The notes: generated from the sequence alone by a model not told the origin. Counted from the whole stretch's first letter, positions 23,761 through 35,380 are shown. The stretch: 63,958 nucleotides of DNA, filler included, from Rozella allomycis CSF55 (GCA_000442015.1; 16 parts of 16 records of this genome joined end to end with filler, not necessarily neighbours in it), one strand, 5' to 3'. Made by a program: numbers and translations.

Positions 23761-24789
23761 GTCTAGTTGCATTGCCCGTAAGATTCTATTTTTTGTTGGA
23801 GCATTTAGATGTAACTTATCGTTTAAAAAAACTTTAAAAAAATCCTTTAATAACCAACTGCGAAACTTGTTTTAAGCTTTCAATTTTAAAAATACCCCTG
23901 TCAAAGAAATGATTACAGAGGAAGAGTTTGGACNGTCAGGAATCTGATCAAGAAAAAGAATTCCATTGATCGCTCGCGACATCGCGCCCAATGTACATCA
24001 ACAACCTGAAATTCTCATGCGGCCTCACTATCCGCGATTCGTCACAGCTATCTTATAAATTAATCCATCTAAAATTATCTCAAATTAAATTCCCAAGACG
24101 ATCCATTCCTCTCAACAACCCTCTATTCCTAACATGCGTAAATTATTATGACAAGATTCTGTGCAGTAAACAATATGACAATCTTTAGAAACTTTAAGCT
24201 CCTTGTTAAGTTCGGAACTGTAGACAGAGCCATGACATGCGTACAAACCTTCTAGAACACTTAGACAGGCTAAATTCAATCCATCGAGATCAAAACCAAA
24301 TATGTTCATGATATCTGTTTGATCTGATAAAGTTATTCGAACTAGATTTTGGCNATCTCTTTTACAAATTCATTTAGAAATTGATTTTACAAACTTTAGC
24401 TTTATTCATTTTTCGCTCATCTGAAGGATCTAGTCTTGATTGTTCATTCTTTTGCTCTTTATTCGATAGACTTCCTTCAAGATAGATATCAGATAATCTA
24501 TCGGGCATAGATTACTGGATGATCTTCAAACAATCATTATGAAGATAGAAGATATTATGATTGTTACATTTTTTACTATTACTAATTAAAAAAATCAATA
24601 TTACTTTAACAGAAAATAGTCTATTAGTCTATCTGCATATTTAATGTTTTATGACAGTTTAAACGTTAGGAAGCCTAGTAGGGAAGAAATCGAGATTATC
24701 ATGACTCATTCCTTCGCGTTGGTTGATTTGAAAGATTATTTAAATAAATTCTTTAACTTATTAAAAAAATCAATACCCCGGTAAACAGC

Positions 24790-26169
24790 ATGGAATACAA
24801 ACAACAACTCATCCAGTGGATTGAAGTCAACCTAAGCAATGAACCACAGCTGGAAACATTAAAGTCCTATTGCCAAAGATTTTCCTTTGAAATTTTAAAG
24901 AACTTCACCAAAGAGGATTGGGTTGCGGACCTTGGAACAGTGGGTCGTGCTATTTACAACAAGCTTCATCCTGCAAGTATAGAATAAAAGTTTGATTAAT
25001 AATAAGGACACGTGTTTGGTATTTCAAAACAACAACACGCAGGTAAAAACAAAATTTTGATAATTTTAGTGGTACCCATTGCTAGAACGCNTTGCGGACC
25101 TTGGAATAGCGGGACGTGCTATTTACAAAAAGCTTCATCCTGCAAGTAAGAATAAAAGTTTAATTAATAATAAGTAGGGACTGAACATGTAGCGATGGAT
25201 GTACGGCGGTTACGAGTTTGGTATTTCACAACAACAACATGCAGGTAAAAACATTATGAAAATTTTGATAATTTTAGTGGTACCTATTGCTAGAACGCAT
25301 AGAAAGAAANTTCAAGGATTTAAAGAAAAATTTTATAAGTTTGTTCAAGACAACCAGCTTAAATTTGACGACTTCTATTCTTTCACCAAAGAGGATTGGG
25401 ATGCGGAGCTTGGAATAGCGGGACGTGTTATTTACAACAAGCTTCATCCTGCAAGTAAGAATAAAAGTTTAATTAATAATAAGTAGGGACTGAACATGTA
25501 GCGATGGATGTACGGCGGTTACGAGTTTGGTATTTCACAACAACAACATGCAGGTAAAAACATTATGAAAATTTTGATAATTTTAGTGGTACCTATTGCT
25601 AGAACGCATAGAAAGAAAAATATTCTCATTGATACTAAGGGAGTTGAATTTACCTTTTCTGACCGAGATGTTGGAATGAGTAAACTGATCCAATGTGAGT
25701 TCTTGCGGTTTCTATATTTTAAAAATCAAGCTACCGACAGGAATTGCCATGAAGTAGCATTCCTAGCTGATGGCCCTGGATCTGGAAAGTCCAGATTCCT
25801 GATGGAAATTGAAAGATATTTTAGTCAAATATCGGCCAATTATCGGGCTCCCTTGGTTTCGATTGCTCAGAGTCGATATTTTCAAGCTGCGACTAATTCT
25901 GTAGATGAATTTGTAGAGACGATGTCTAATGCAGTGTTTGTGAACATTACCTTTGGCAATGGCACTCCATATTCAAGAGATGAAGGGACAATCAGGCAGT
26001 CAATTTGTTATAGGATCATGGACCAATTTATTGAAAATGCAAGGGAATATGTTGAAGCAAATCAAGGACCAGATCTNCCGTCTCAATATTGCAAAGTATC
26101 GAGCTCTATTGGTTTCGATTGCTCAGAGGCGATATTTTCAAGCTGCGACTAATTCTGTAGATGAATTTG
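24790..26169 (+). CDS. Crinkler-type effector(s): SAM-like header(s) plus P-loop CR-NTPase; several overlapping paralog fragments, 3' partial
   Basis: Headers FTKEDW...LG..GR.IYNKLHPAS; Walker A ADGPGSGKS; VFVNITFGNGT; short GT-AG introns. Confidence 0.75.
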
Positions 26170-26269
26170 NNNNNNNNNNNNNNNNNNNNNNNNNNNNNNN
26201 NNNNNNNNNNNNNTTAATTAATTAANNNNNNNNNNNNNNNNNNNNNNNNNNNNNNNNNNNNNNNNNNNN

Positions 26270-28348
26270 AGTCCCCCTAAATTTATCAACGCCTGATATG
26301 TTTTATCCCCCGTTTCTCGGTTTGTACTTTCATAAGATCCATTAATCTTCTCTGGCACCTCAATCACAAAAGATAATTCCCAAGGCCATGGATTTATAAC
26401 TACCAAAGTTTCCCTCATGTCTTCACAAATAGAGTTTTCCAATTGTTCTATATCGCTTAGGACATTTTCGTAGATCTTTGTTGAATCTTTATAAACTTTT
26501 TCAATTGAGCTTCCTGGCAAGACATCGTGGAATTGATTAAGAAGAATGTTCTTCCAAATTTGATCAAAGTTTACTTTCATTTCATTAAATTTTCTTGTCT
26601 TCGCAAATCGAAAAACGCTTAACAATTCAAGATTATGCATTTTAAACTCACACAAGCGATTGTAATATTTATTCTTGGCTTGCGACGTGTACGTCCCACG
26701 ATGAAGTTCAAAATACAATTCACCTGCATTAACAAAGATATCTTATTCTTACCTTTCCATTCCATTAAATCTCTTGAATTTTCTTCCAATGCTTCAAAAA
26801 AAGTATTCGGATTTCCCATATCAACTTTAATCCCCTCAAATCCAGCAAATCTTTGCAAACTTTCCAACATTTCTTCAGTTGGCCCTCCACCACCATCTCC
26901 ATGCCCATAAACAAGTAGTGAATGTGCCGCTCGATCTTTATCTTTGTTATTTTTCACGCAATATAAAATATCCTTCGGATTAGCCGTAGAACAATACGTA
27001 TCAGCTGGAGAAAAATGAGTTAGCACCCTGGTTCCATCCAACCCTTTCCAATAAAACGTCGTATGGGGAAATTTATTAATATTATTCCATGAAAGCTTCT
27101 GCGTAAAGAAATATTCCATTCCACATTGTTTAATAATCTGTGGAAGTTGCGAACTGTAACCAAACGTGTCTAAATTAATTTCCAAACACAGGTTTACCAG
27201 GTAGCCAAAATACTTTGCATCTTTCACTAAATCTACTTTTAAAATATTCCTGTCCGTAAATAAATTGCCTGATAAACGACTCACCCGATGGAATGTTGCA
27301 ATCCATTTCAACCCAAGACCCACCAATAGGTACAAACTGGCCTTCCCTCTTCTTGTCCTGGATTCGCTTAAACAATTCCGGATAATCATTCTCAACCCAT
27401 TCATATTGTTGCGCCTGCGAACAAACAAATTCATAATTGGGATATTGTTCCATCAGCAACAGCTGTGAAGACCAACTTCTTGCACACTTTCTTCTAGTCT
27501 CACTATAGTCCCACAACCACGCACTGTCAATATGACAATGACCAGTGGCAATGATCTCATGATTATTCGCTAAACTCTCATTCATCTTTTGAAAGAACTC
27601 CTTGGCCATCGATGACGATTGTTTCCAAGAATAGGAATCACTTTTATCAAACAAGTTAACTATTTCATTGGCCAAGTATAGTGCATCAGCGTTTAATTGT
27701 GAATCTGGAGGCGTATTTTCTATTATACCGACCAAAAGTTTGTAATCATAAAATAGATCCCATGCATCCATATTCTTGATTAACAGGCAACATTCTGACA
27801 ATGTAAAATATCTTTCATTATCCGGAGGAAAAATTAGGTTGCCTTGCCCATTTCCAAACATACCAAGGCATGCCATTTCCTTTGTATTTAACAAACTAAA
27901 TTTACAATATAATATGTATTCATTTGCGCATCTATAAGAAATGTGTTTCTTTGATCCGTCAAACCTTGAATTGCTTTTCCATTAGCATCGAAAAGCAGCC
28001 CTTCACTGCCTGTATTCCACATGCAGTATAAATTATCATCTACTCTAGCGATTCATCATAAGTTATACCTCGATTCTCCGGTGGGATACGAAATTCCAGT
28101 TTGAACCAATGAGTTGACCAAGATGGACCAAATGATTGCCCAACTTTAACAGGAACAAAATCACGTCCAGTCACATCTCCAAATGACGGTGTTGACTCCT
28201 TCATAGGCACATGATAAACAGAAAGCTTAATTGTTTCAGGTACTCTAATGTATTTGTAAAGGACGCTAGTTAAATTGTAATTAGAAAAATATTCCGTCGA
28301 TATGAATTTTTGAATTCTCTCCAATGTAATGTTTCGATGCTTCTTCAT
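26270..28348 (-). CDS. AMS1: GH38 vacuolar/cytosolic alpha-mannosidase, multi-exon, 3' partial
   Basis: FGPSWSTHWF, GHCHIDSAWLW, CSQAQQYEW, WLP/DTFGYS, TQKLSWN, GHGDGGGGPT, YFELHRGTYTSQA and LLNQFHDVLPGSSI. Confidence 0.97.
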
Positions 28349-28747
28349 TTAATTAGGCACGATTAAGCCACTTCGAACGAGCTTTTATGGTAATTTGTAT
28401 GGACATGACAGGGAAGAATCAGATATAGAAATGAATATAGTTTAAAACAAATGTCAAAAATTATTAAAAAAACTAAATTTAAGTTAATATGGTTAGAAGC
28501 TAGACCTTCCACCCATCAGATCTTTATGTGNTTCCGGTACTCTAATGTATTTGTAATGGACGCTAGTTAAATTGTAATTAGAAAAATATTCCGTCGATAT
28601 GAATTTTTGAATTCTCTCCAATGTAATGTTTTGATGCTTCTTCATTTAATCAGGCACGATTAAGCCACTTCGAACGAGCTTTTATGGTAATTTGTATGGA
28701 CATGACAGGGAAGAATCAGATATAGAAATGAATATAGTTTAAAACAA

Positions 28748-29152
28748 ATGTCAAAAATTATTAAAAAAACTAAATTTAAGTTAATATGGTTAGAAGCTAG
28801 ACCTTCCACCCATCAGATCTTTATGTGGAAGCTCTATGGTGGACATTTAAAATCTGATTTTCAACGGTCTAATTTCGATCAAAATATATCAAGAAATTGT
28901 GCAAGCTGTTCTTTGAATGTACCTTGTACAAATTTTCACAAATTTTTTGAATGTCCTGTAGTCAGTGCACCATATTGGTTAGGTTACATTAATGATAAAT
29001 TCAACATTCAATTAAAAGAATCTAGTTTATCGGCTTATATCATGTTCTTTGAAACATTAAATCTAGGGAAGCCTTCGAAGGAAGAAATAGACATCCTCAT
29101 GGCACATTCCTATGCTCTTGAAGTTTTGAAGAAAAATTTACTTATTAAATAA
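28748..29152 (+). CDS. Small ORF with LINE ORF2-type C-terminal zinc finger (zf-RVT-like)
   Basis: FMWKLYGG.L...CASC......FHKFFECP....W pattern; ATG-to-stop intact. Confidence 0.55.
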   Translation: MSKIIKKTKFKLIWLEARPSTHQIFMWKLYGGHLKSDFQRSNFDQNISRNCASCSLNVPCTNFHKFFECPVVSAPYWLGYINDKFNIQLKESSLSAYIMFFETLNLGKPSKEEIDILMAHSYALEVLKKNLLIK

Positions 29153-29190
29153 ATTCTTTTAACTTTAAAAAAAAGAATAAATACCGTCAT

Positions 29191-32100
29191 TTATTTAGAA
29201 GCAGCTTGCAATGATTTTATTGCCTTCAGTGACATTTCATTTGAGTCAATTGCCAACTTGATACCTTTCCCATCCAAGGCAAACTTTTTGCTAAAGCCAG
29301 AGCATCGATAATCGAAATATTTCTGAATTTTAAAAGACAAGGAATATTTGTCAATGTAGCCAAGTGGTCCTGATGACAACAAACAATTTGCGAGTTCCTT
29401 GATAAGACTTTCTAACACATCACCATGATTATATTCTCCAGTCAATTCACAGACCAGCCTTATGCAATTGGAAACATGATCACCAGAATTTGTTTTCAGA
29501 TAATATACGGGTGCAACAATTACATTCCTCAAATAAATGGATATAGTGCTACAAATGAGGCTGTTTAATTCGCTCTTGACATCTTTTTCAAGCCACGATA
29601 ACACTGATTTATTTGCCTGACCGATTATTTCTTCTTGATTCATAATCAACGAAGCGGTGTTACAGTCACTTGAAAATTTTTCAACCTTTGTAAGAGGAAT
29701 GGATGCAATTTTTAACAACACTGCGTGAAAGTATTTATTGGCAACTTGATCATTAGAGAAAGTAAAATGATCTTTAAAGCTGTAATTTTCGCATTTAAAA
29801 GGTTTGACTTTTGCCATTTTTAATAACAATGCACAATCTTGTGTTTTTGAAATATCATTAGCATGATTAGCCAAGTCTGTTATTAAATCCCAATCTCTTG
29901 TATTTGAAAAATTATTCAGTCTCTCAAGAAACACAGTGATTAACGTTACAGAAAGATCAATAGGATAATTGTTTCGAATATTCCAGAAATGATATAAAAG
30001 ATCAGATGCGCTTTGATAAGGTAAAATATGTTTGAAAGCTTTAATGCTTGACATTTCTAACGTGATATTTTTATTGAAAATGAAATCGTTTAATTTAGAA
30101 AAGAAAATGTTTTGACCAATCCTATTGACAATTTTTGGTAGAGATGAGATGAAATTAATATTAACATTCTTGTCATGTAGCAAATTGTTTGTAAAAATAA
30201 AATCAAAAATAGCGTCAATTTCATTGCAACGAGAAACAAATCCATTGTTTATGAATACTCTGATGAAGAGTGGATCTTCGAGGCTTCCATTTTCTTTGCA
30301 TTGAAGCCAAATATTTTTCAAGTCATTGATTGATGTTATAGAAAGGTTTGTTATAGCCTTTAAACAAAATGTTCTACTTTTTATATCCAAGTCTGAATTT
30401 GAGAGGTTATCTTTAAAGTATTCCAACAGGACTTTTTGGTGATGAAAAGAAAGTTTTGATGTTCCATTTATTTCAGAAAGAGATTTACTGAATTTAAGAG
30501 ATTTACTAAACAGATTGAAAAATGAGTTTTGATCTTTGTTAAAAAGAATATTTTTTATGTGTCCATTAAAAATAAGTTCAGGATACAATTTAATGGCTTT
30601 TAAAATTAGATCAAAATTTTTCTTTTGAAATCTACGTAAAATGATAAGGTAAGTAGAAAATTCTGACATTTTTTCTTGATTATTGAACAAATTTAAATAA
30701 CTATTTAAAACTCTTATAAAATTGGGATCTTTTTGCATTTTTTTATTGTAAAAGATATTTTTAAATAATTTTAAGATTTTCTTAATTAAAGATTTCCCAA
30801 GGTCCGGGATCTGGGAAATAGATTCAAAGATAGTAACAACATTATCGTTTAGCCTTTCTCGTGTAAATGAAATAATCTCCTCGAATTTATTTACAAAATA
30901 TGCTGGGTTCAAATTTACATCAAATTCCACATCTTTTTTCATCCCAAATTGAAAATTTTGTGGCAAAACACTGATAAAAGATTTAATCAAAAATGATTGG
31001 ATCATCTCCAAAATTCTTGGATCTACTTTGTTTTTTAGATGTAGAGCTTTTGGATCACGAAAAATGTTTAATTTTAGATTAAAGTCAATTTGGCTAGATG
31101 AATTCAACTTTCTGGTAAAGTCAAAATTGATCGATAAAACAAACTGAATCCATTTTTCAACATTAATTAAAATCTGACTTGTGTGCCATTTTTGATCTTT
31201 TTCCTTCAAAAAAAGATAATACAATTTCAATGCATTGTGTAAAATGTTTTGTATAAAGTTAGAAAATTGAGATTTGAAATATTTTAAATCGTGGGAATAA
31301 AGATCATTAAAACAATTCCTAATTACGGAAAAAACCAGCTCCAAGTCAAATGAATGTAACGCGTATATGTAACGTTCTACAAAGTACTCTGCATTAATCA
31401 TTGGATGTGCTGAAGAAATTACCGACCAAACAACTCTTTTTAAACTTGGCCTCATCAAATTATAATACTCTACAAAATAATCCTTAACATTTTCATTTGT
31501 ACGTTTATCCACTATATGAAACCGAGACATATTATTCAAATTCATCAACATTTCAATTTTCTCTTCAAATTTTAAAACCTTCAATTTGTGTTTAAAATAC
31601 CTACACGAATTTTCATCTCGATGTGCGATGTATGGGAACAAATGCTTGTAAAACATTTCATCGTCCTCTTCTTGAAGTTCGCCTGTATAATAAGTTAAGA
31701 ACACATTTCGTTTCTCCAAGTTCTTTAGAATCTCAATTACAAGACATTGCGTAAATTTAAAAGTTTTTTCATCCTGTAAAAATCGCGAAAACGCTTTATT
31801 CACTCGTTCATCCTTATCAATTATCATTTTGGAAATTTCAGAAATAAAGTAATCACACAATTCTGGATCAAAATATGAATAGATTGAATAGACGTTTAAA
31901 TTTTCACCTTTAGCGTTTAAATTAAAATTTCTTAAAATATCTGATATGAATTCAATAATTTCGCATGTATCAAACTTCTTAATGTCCTCTTTGCCAACTA
32001 CATTTTTATCAATACAGTAAAATCGAAGAAAAATATCGTAAAAAGGAATATTTTGTAGCATCAATGTACCATCAATATTTTTTTCCAACGCTGTCAAGTA

Positions 32101-34023
32101 CGCTTTGCGGAAAAATGTACAAAATCCCTCAGAAAAAATTTTAAACTTGTAGGCGTCAGGAGATTTTAAATTTTCACTTATTTCTTTGAAATGTTGATAG
32201 CACTTTAAAAGAAAATTTTCACAATCTAAAAACTCAAATTCAAACAGAAGATCAACAAATTCCTTTTCAAACAATTTTTTGCAAACAGATTCATTGCTTA
32301 AGAGTTCTTTATTTCTTGCCTTTTTCTTCAATGAATTGAAATACAAATCTAAATTGGGATAGATCCATTCTTGTAATATAAAATTCTCAACCAATGCGTG
32401 AAATTTATTAAAAGTATCCACATTAAACTTGCCAAATTTTGAAGCTATTTGGCTTGGATACTTTTTATGAATATTTTTATTTATTTTAAAGATTTCTACT
32501 AACTTGCAAAGAATCGATTCCGAAATTTCCATTTTCATGTCAAAAAAAGTATTTTCAACTTTTGTCATCAGTTGTTTATAAAATGCTATCAAATTATTCG
32601 TGCTTTCAATCATATATTCAAATATTGCAGTTTGCTTAGCATCATTTAAACCTACCTTATCAATTCGGTTTACGCATGCATCTATAACTCTCCTATAAAC
32701 TTCCAAGTAAATATTAAAAAAATCACCAAGCTCAATCTTCTTAACAATTTGCTTCTTATTGAAGTTCCCAAGGTTTGGGAAATTGTTTATAAAACATTCG
32801 CCAATTTTGGCTAAACTCTTCATCAACTCGCGGATTTCTACTTTTAATTCTTCATCATCAGAGGACAAAGAAAGTAAATAATCATCACAATCAGAAAAAT
32901 CTTCTTTTTCCAAATCATTTTTTTCTAAAAGAAGATCTAAACATTTTTTAAAAATGTTAATTTTATTCTCATCATCTTCATTTATTAAATTTTCAATAAT
33001 CCAGATTAAATAAATATTTATGTTTCTCAATCTCCTCTCATATTGAAGCGTATCTTGAATGAAGATTCCAGATCTAGCTGCATTATATTTTTCAAGCATT
33101 TGTGAAAAAACCTTTATCAATTCCTCCTTAGATATTTTTAAGACACACATGCCAAATGTTTCCGGATATGTCGCCAACATAATTCTATCATCTTCTTGGT
33201 CCATCAAACACAAATTTACTTCACTCCCAACACGAGCATAAACCTGCGGAAACTTTACAGTAAGCTCTAATAATCTGGCTTTACATTCTTTAGAAATACG
33301 CCTTCCAAGACGCCAACGTTCCCAGACTTCGTTTCTCGATTGCAAATTTCTGCATTCCTCCATTTTCTTTTCTTTGTAATCAAGAACAGTCTTCCAGTTA
33401 AACATCCAAAGGTTTTTCCAATTAACTTCACGTTCATTTTCATACTCTTTTAAATTCCTTTTTATACAATCACTACTCGTTCCATGTAATATTGACGCGC
33501 GAAACTTTTTATCAAAACAGTCATCTTCAAATACTCTATCCAACACTGCTACTCTGCGAAACCTCGTACAAAGTTGCCCAATTTTCTTTCTTAATTTTCC
33601 GGGACTAACTTGTAGTAACTTGTAGATCATATCACTGGGGACAGTATCACATCGAACTAGGTTACTTAGCAGTATCTGACTGCTCGTTTGAGTCATAGGA
33701 TTTTCTTCGGTGTTGATAATCATATCAAAGACTCTTTCATAGACACTCTCCGGGTACATGATCAGGCCCACACTAATCATCAACATTAAATCTCTAAAAA
33801 GATATGGATAATGTTCCTTCTGCGTAGCAAGTTTTAATTCTTCATATAACGTGAATAAACAATTCATCTTTCCTTCCCCTGCTGTCAACCACTCCCTAGT
33901 CCATTTTTGGATCACGCTTTGGTGCTCGGAAAAAGAAAACGTGTCCAAAATTGCAAACATGTTTTCAAATACAGACAAACATAAAGTGGTTTTTTTTGAA
34001 TCAAAGGTCGAAAAGAAATCCAT
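29191..34023 (-). CDS. 1610-aa intronless orphan protein, probably alpha-helical solenoid
   Basis: 4.8-kb uninterrupted ORF in AT-rich DNA with amphipathic helical pattern; no catalytic motif recognised. Confidence 0.85.
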   Translation of the reverse strand: MDFFSTFDSKKTTLCLSVFENMFAILDTFSFSEHQSVIQKWTREWLTAGEGKMNCLFTLYEELKLATQKEHYPYLFRDLMLMISVGLIMYPESVYERVFDMIINTEENPMTQTSSQILLSNLVRCDTVPSDMIYKLLQVSPGKLRKKIGQLCTRFRRVAVLDRVFEDDCFDKKFRASILHGTSSDCIKRNLKEYENEREVNWKNLWMFNWKTVLDYKEKKMEECRNLQSRNEVWERWRLGRRISKECKARLLELTVKFPQVYARVGSEVNLCLMDQEDDRIMLATYPETFGMCVLKISKEELIKVFSQMLEKYNAARSGIFIQDTLQYERRLRNINIYLIWIIENLINEDDENKINIFKKCLDLLLEKNDLEKEDFSDCDDYLLSLSSDDEELKVEIRELMKSLAKIGECFINNFPNLGNFNKKQIVKKIELGDFFNIYLEVYRRVIDACVNRIDKVGLNDAKQTAIFEYMIESTNNLIAFYKQLMTKVENTFFDMKMEISESILCKLVEIFKINKNIHKKYPSQIASKFGKFNVDTFNKFHALVENFILQEWIYPNLDLYFNSLKKKARNKELLSNESVCKKLFEKEFVDLLFEFEFLDCENFLLKCYQHFKEISENLKSPDAYKFKIFSEGFCTFFRKAYLTALEKNIDGTLMLQNIPFYDIFLRFYCIDKNVVGKEDIKKFDTCEIIEFISDILRNFNLNAKGENLNVYSIYSYFDPELCDYFISEISKMIIDKDERVNKAFSRFLQDEKTFKFTQCLVIEILKNLEKRNVFLTYYTGELQEEDDEMFYKHLFPYIAHRDENSCRYFKHKLKVLKFEEKIEMLMNLNNMSRFHIVDKRTNENVKDYFVEYYNLMRPSLKRVVWSVISSAHPMINAEYFVERYIYALHSFDLELVFSVIRNCFNDLYSHDLKYFKSQFSNFIQNILHNALKLYYLFLKEKDQKWHTSQILINVEKWIQFVLSINFDFTRKLNSSSQIDFNLKLNIFRDPKALHLKNKVDPRILEMIQSFLIKSFISVLPQNFQFGMKKDVEFDVNLNPAYFVNKFEEIISFTRERLNDNVVTIFESISQIPDLGKSLIKKILKLFKNIFYNKKMQKDPNFIRVLNSYLNLFNNQEKMSEFSTYLIILRRFQKKNFDLILKAIKLYPELIFNGHIKNILFNKDQNSFFNLFSKSLKFSKSLSEINGTSKLSFHHQKVLLEYFKDNLSNSDLDIKSRTFCLKAITNLSITSINDLKNIWLQCKENGSLEDPLFIRVFINNGFVSRCNEIDAIFDFIFTNNLLHDKNVNINFISSLPKIVNRIGQNIFFSKLNDFIFNKNITLEMSSIKAFKHILPYQSASDLLYHFWNIRNNYPIDLSVTLITVFLERLNNFSNTRDWDLITDLANHANDISKTQDCALLLKMAKVKPFKCENYSFKDHFTFSNDQVANKYFHAVLLKIASIPLTKVEKFSSDCNTASLIMNQEEIIGQANKSVLSWLEKDVKSELNSLICSTISIYLRNVIVAPVYYLKTNSGDHVSNCIRLVCELTGEYNHGDVLESLIKELANCLLSSGPLGYIDKYSLSFKIQKYFDYRCSGFSKKFALDGKGIKLAIDSNEMSLKAIKSLQAASK

Positions 34024-34093
34024 CTACAGGGGTCTCACCAACCGGAAATTTTTGATAGATGGAAATTTCCATCTATCATAGATTAAAAGAAAT

Positions 34094-34182
34094 TGCAGCA
34101 GAGAAGATTCGAACTTCCATCTAGTACCAAGTTACTGGCTTTTGTGTATTTGATACCGCTCTACCAATTGAGCTACTGCTGC
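34094..34182 (-). ncRNA. tRNA-like Pol III gene with non-canonical, extended anticodon arm (isotype not assignable)
   Basis: Acceptor GCAGCAG/CTGCTGC+A; D-arm GCTC-AATTGGTA-GAGC; T-arm GGAAG-TTCGAAT-CTTCT; downstream TTTCTTTT. There are 23 nt between GTATC and GGTAC, with no U33. Confidence 0.8.
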
Positions 34183-34805
34183 TTCGGAAAACTACATTTT
34201 GCTAATACATTACTTTGACTTTTAGATATTCGAGCATTACTATATTTCTAATTGTATAACATGTCACTATAAATTCGTTTAGTGTTTTATATACATTATA
34301 GATCTTCATTCTTGTCACTTTCAATCAAGTTGATGACATAATCATCTGTGTCAGCTGTAATACTAAAAGCGAAGTTGCCATGGTAATTGGCGGTTGTCAA
34401 GAATAGAATTGAACCTTTCATGAGTGTNTACATTAAATAACATATTATCAAAGCAGGTTCACGATATTTCAAATGCAAATAACGTGTCAAATCTGTAATA
34501 CTAAAAGCGGAGTTGCCATGGTAATTGGCGGTTGTCAAGAATAGAATTGAACCTTTCATGAGTGTTTTATTTTCATTGTGAATACTTATACGTTGTCGTC
34601 TGTGCTAAAACTACTCTTAGACCTTAGTACGGATTACGGAATGCCTAAATAAACAATATTTTCTGTCTTTGTTAGTCACGCCTTTGCTTCAAGGCAATCT
34701 ATAAANNNNNNNNNNNNNNNNNNNNNNNNNNNNNNNNNNNNNNNNNNNNTTAATTAATTAANNNNNNNNNNNNNNNNNNNNNNNNNNNNNNNNNNNNNNN
34801 NNNNN

Positions 34806-35174
34806 CTCCAATATATCATTCATAAAAGGCATGCTATCTTGATTTGTTCCATAGAATATGTCACCTTTGCGTGAAGAAACTCCTACCAAATTTTCAAAAG
34901 CCTTGGCTGCGCGGTGTCGAAGAGTTTGAACCTTGAAACATTGAAACACCTGATTCGTCACTTGTTTAAAAAGATCCCAAGATACATTATTTGGGATGTC
35001 ATTTTTTCCAATAAACTCCAACATATCATTGACATCATCAGTTTTCAAGTATTTAATAGTGACAAATTTCTCAAGTCTTTGTATAAACTCCGTTTCGGAT
35101 AATCCTGATGGAGATGCAGCAACAAATGCATTAGAAATGACTGTAACCACTGTCAAAAGACCCCAGAAAAACAT
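34806..35174 (-). CDS. Orphan secreted protein, 3' partial
   Basis: Signal-peptide-like MFFWGLLTVVTVISNAFVAA-SP; open to the contig end. Confidence 0.65.
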
Positions 35175-35380
35175 TTTTTGTGTGGCTTGGTCAAGCAGTG
35201 TGTTTTTATATTTTCAATTCCTAAAAATAGACAAGTCTCTAGTGCTCGTTAAATGGACGGGGAGGTGCTCTAATAAATTTCAAAATACAATTGTTTTTGT
35301 AATATGAATAGTCATTTTTTATATTGCCCGAAAAGGCTTTCTAATATGTCTACCTTAATTCCATGATTGAATTCAAAAAA

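Noticed and set aside
23935-24352. Possible gypsy RT/RNase H remnant
   Set aside because: Too degraded for motifs to be confirmed by eye.
34094-34182. tRNA-Sec or a UGA-reading tRNA-Gly (TCA triplet in GTATCAA) explaining the copia TGA-at-Gly codons
   Set aside because: The TCA lies in the stem right after the D-arm, not in a 7-nt loop. The fold is 7/5 rather than the Sec 9/4, and TGA ends ordinary ORFs in this window.
34318-34566. Repeat-containing small ORF 34296-34559
   Set aside because: The duplication is centred on a single N and no recognisable product is encoded.
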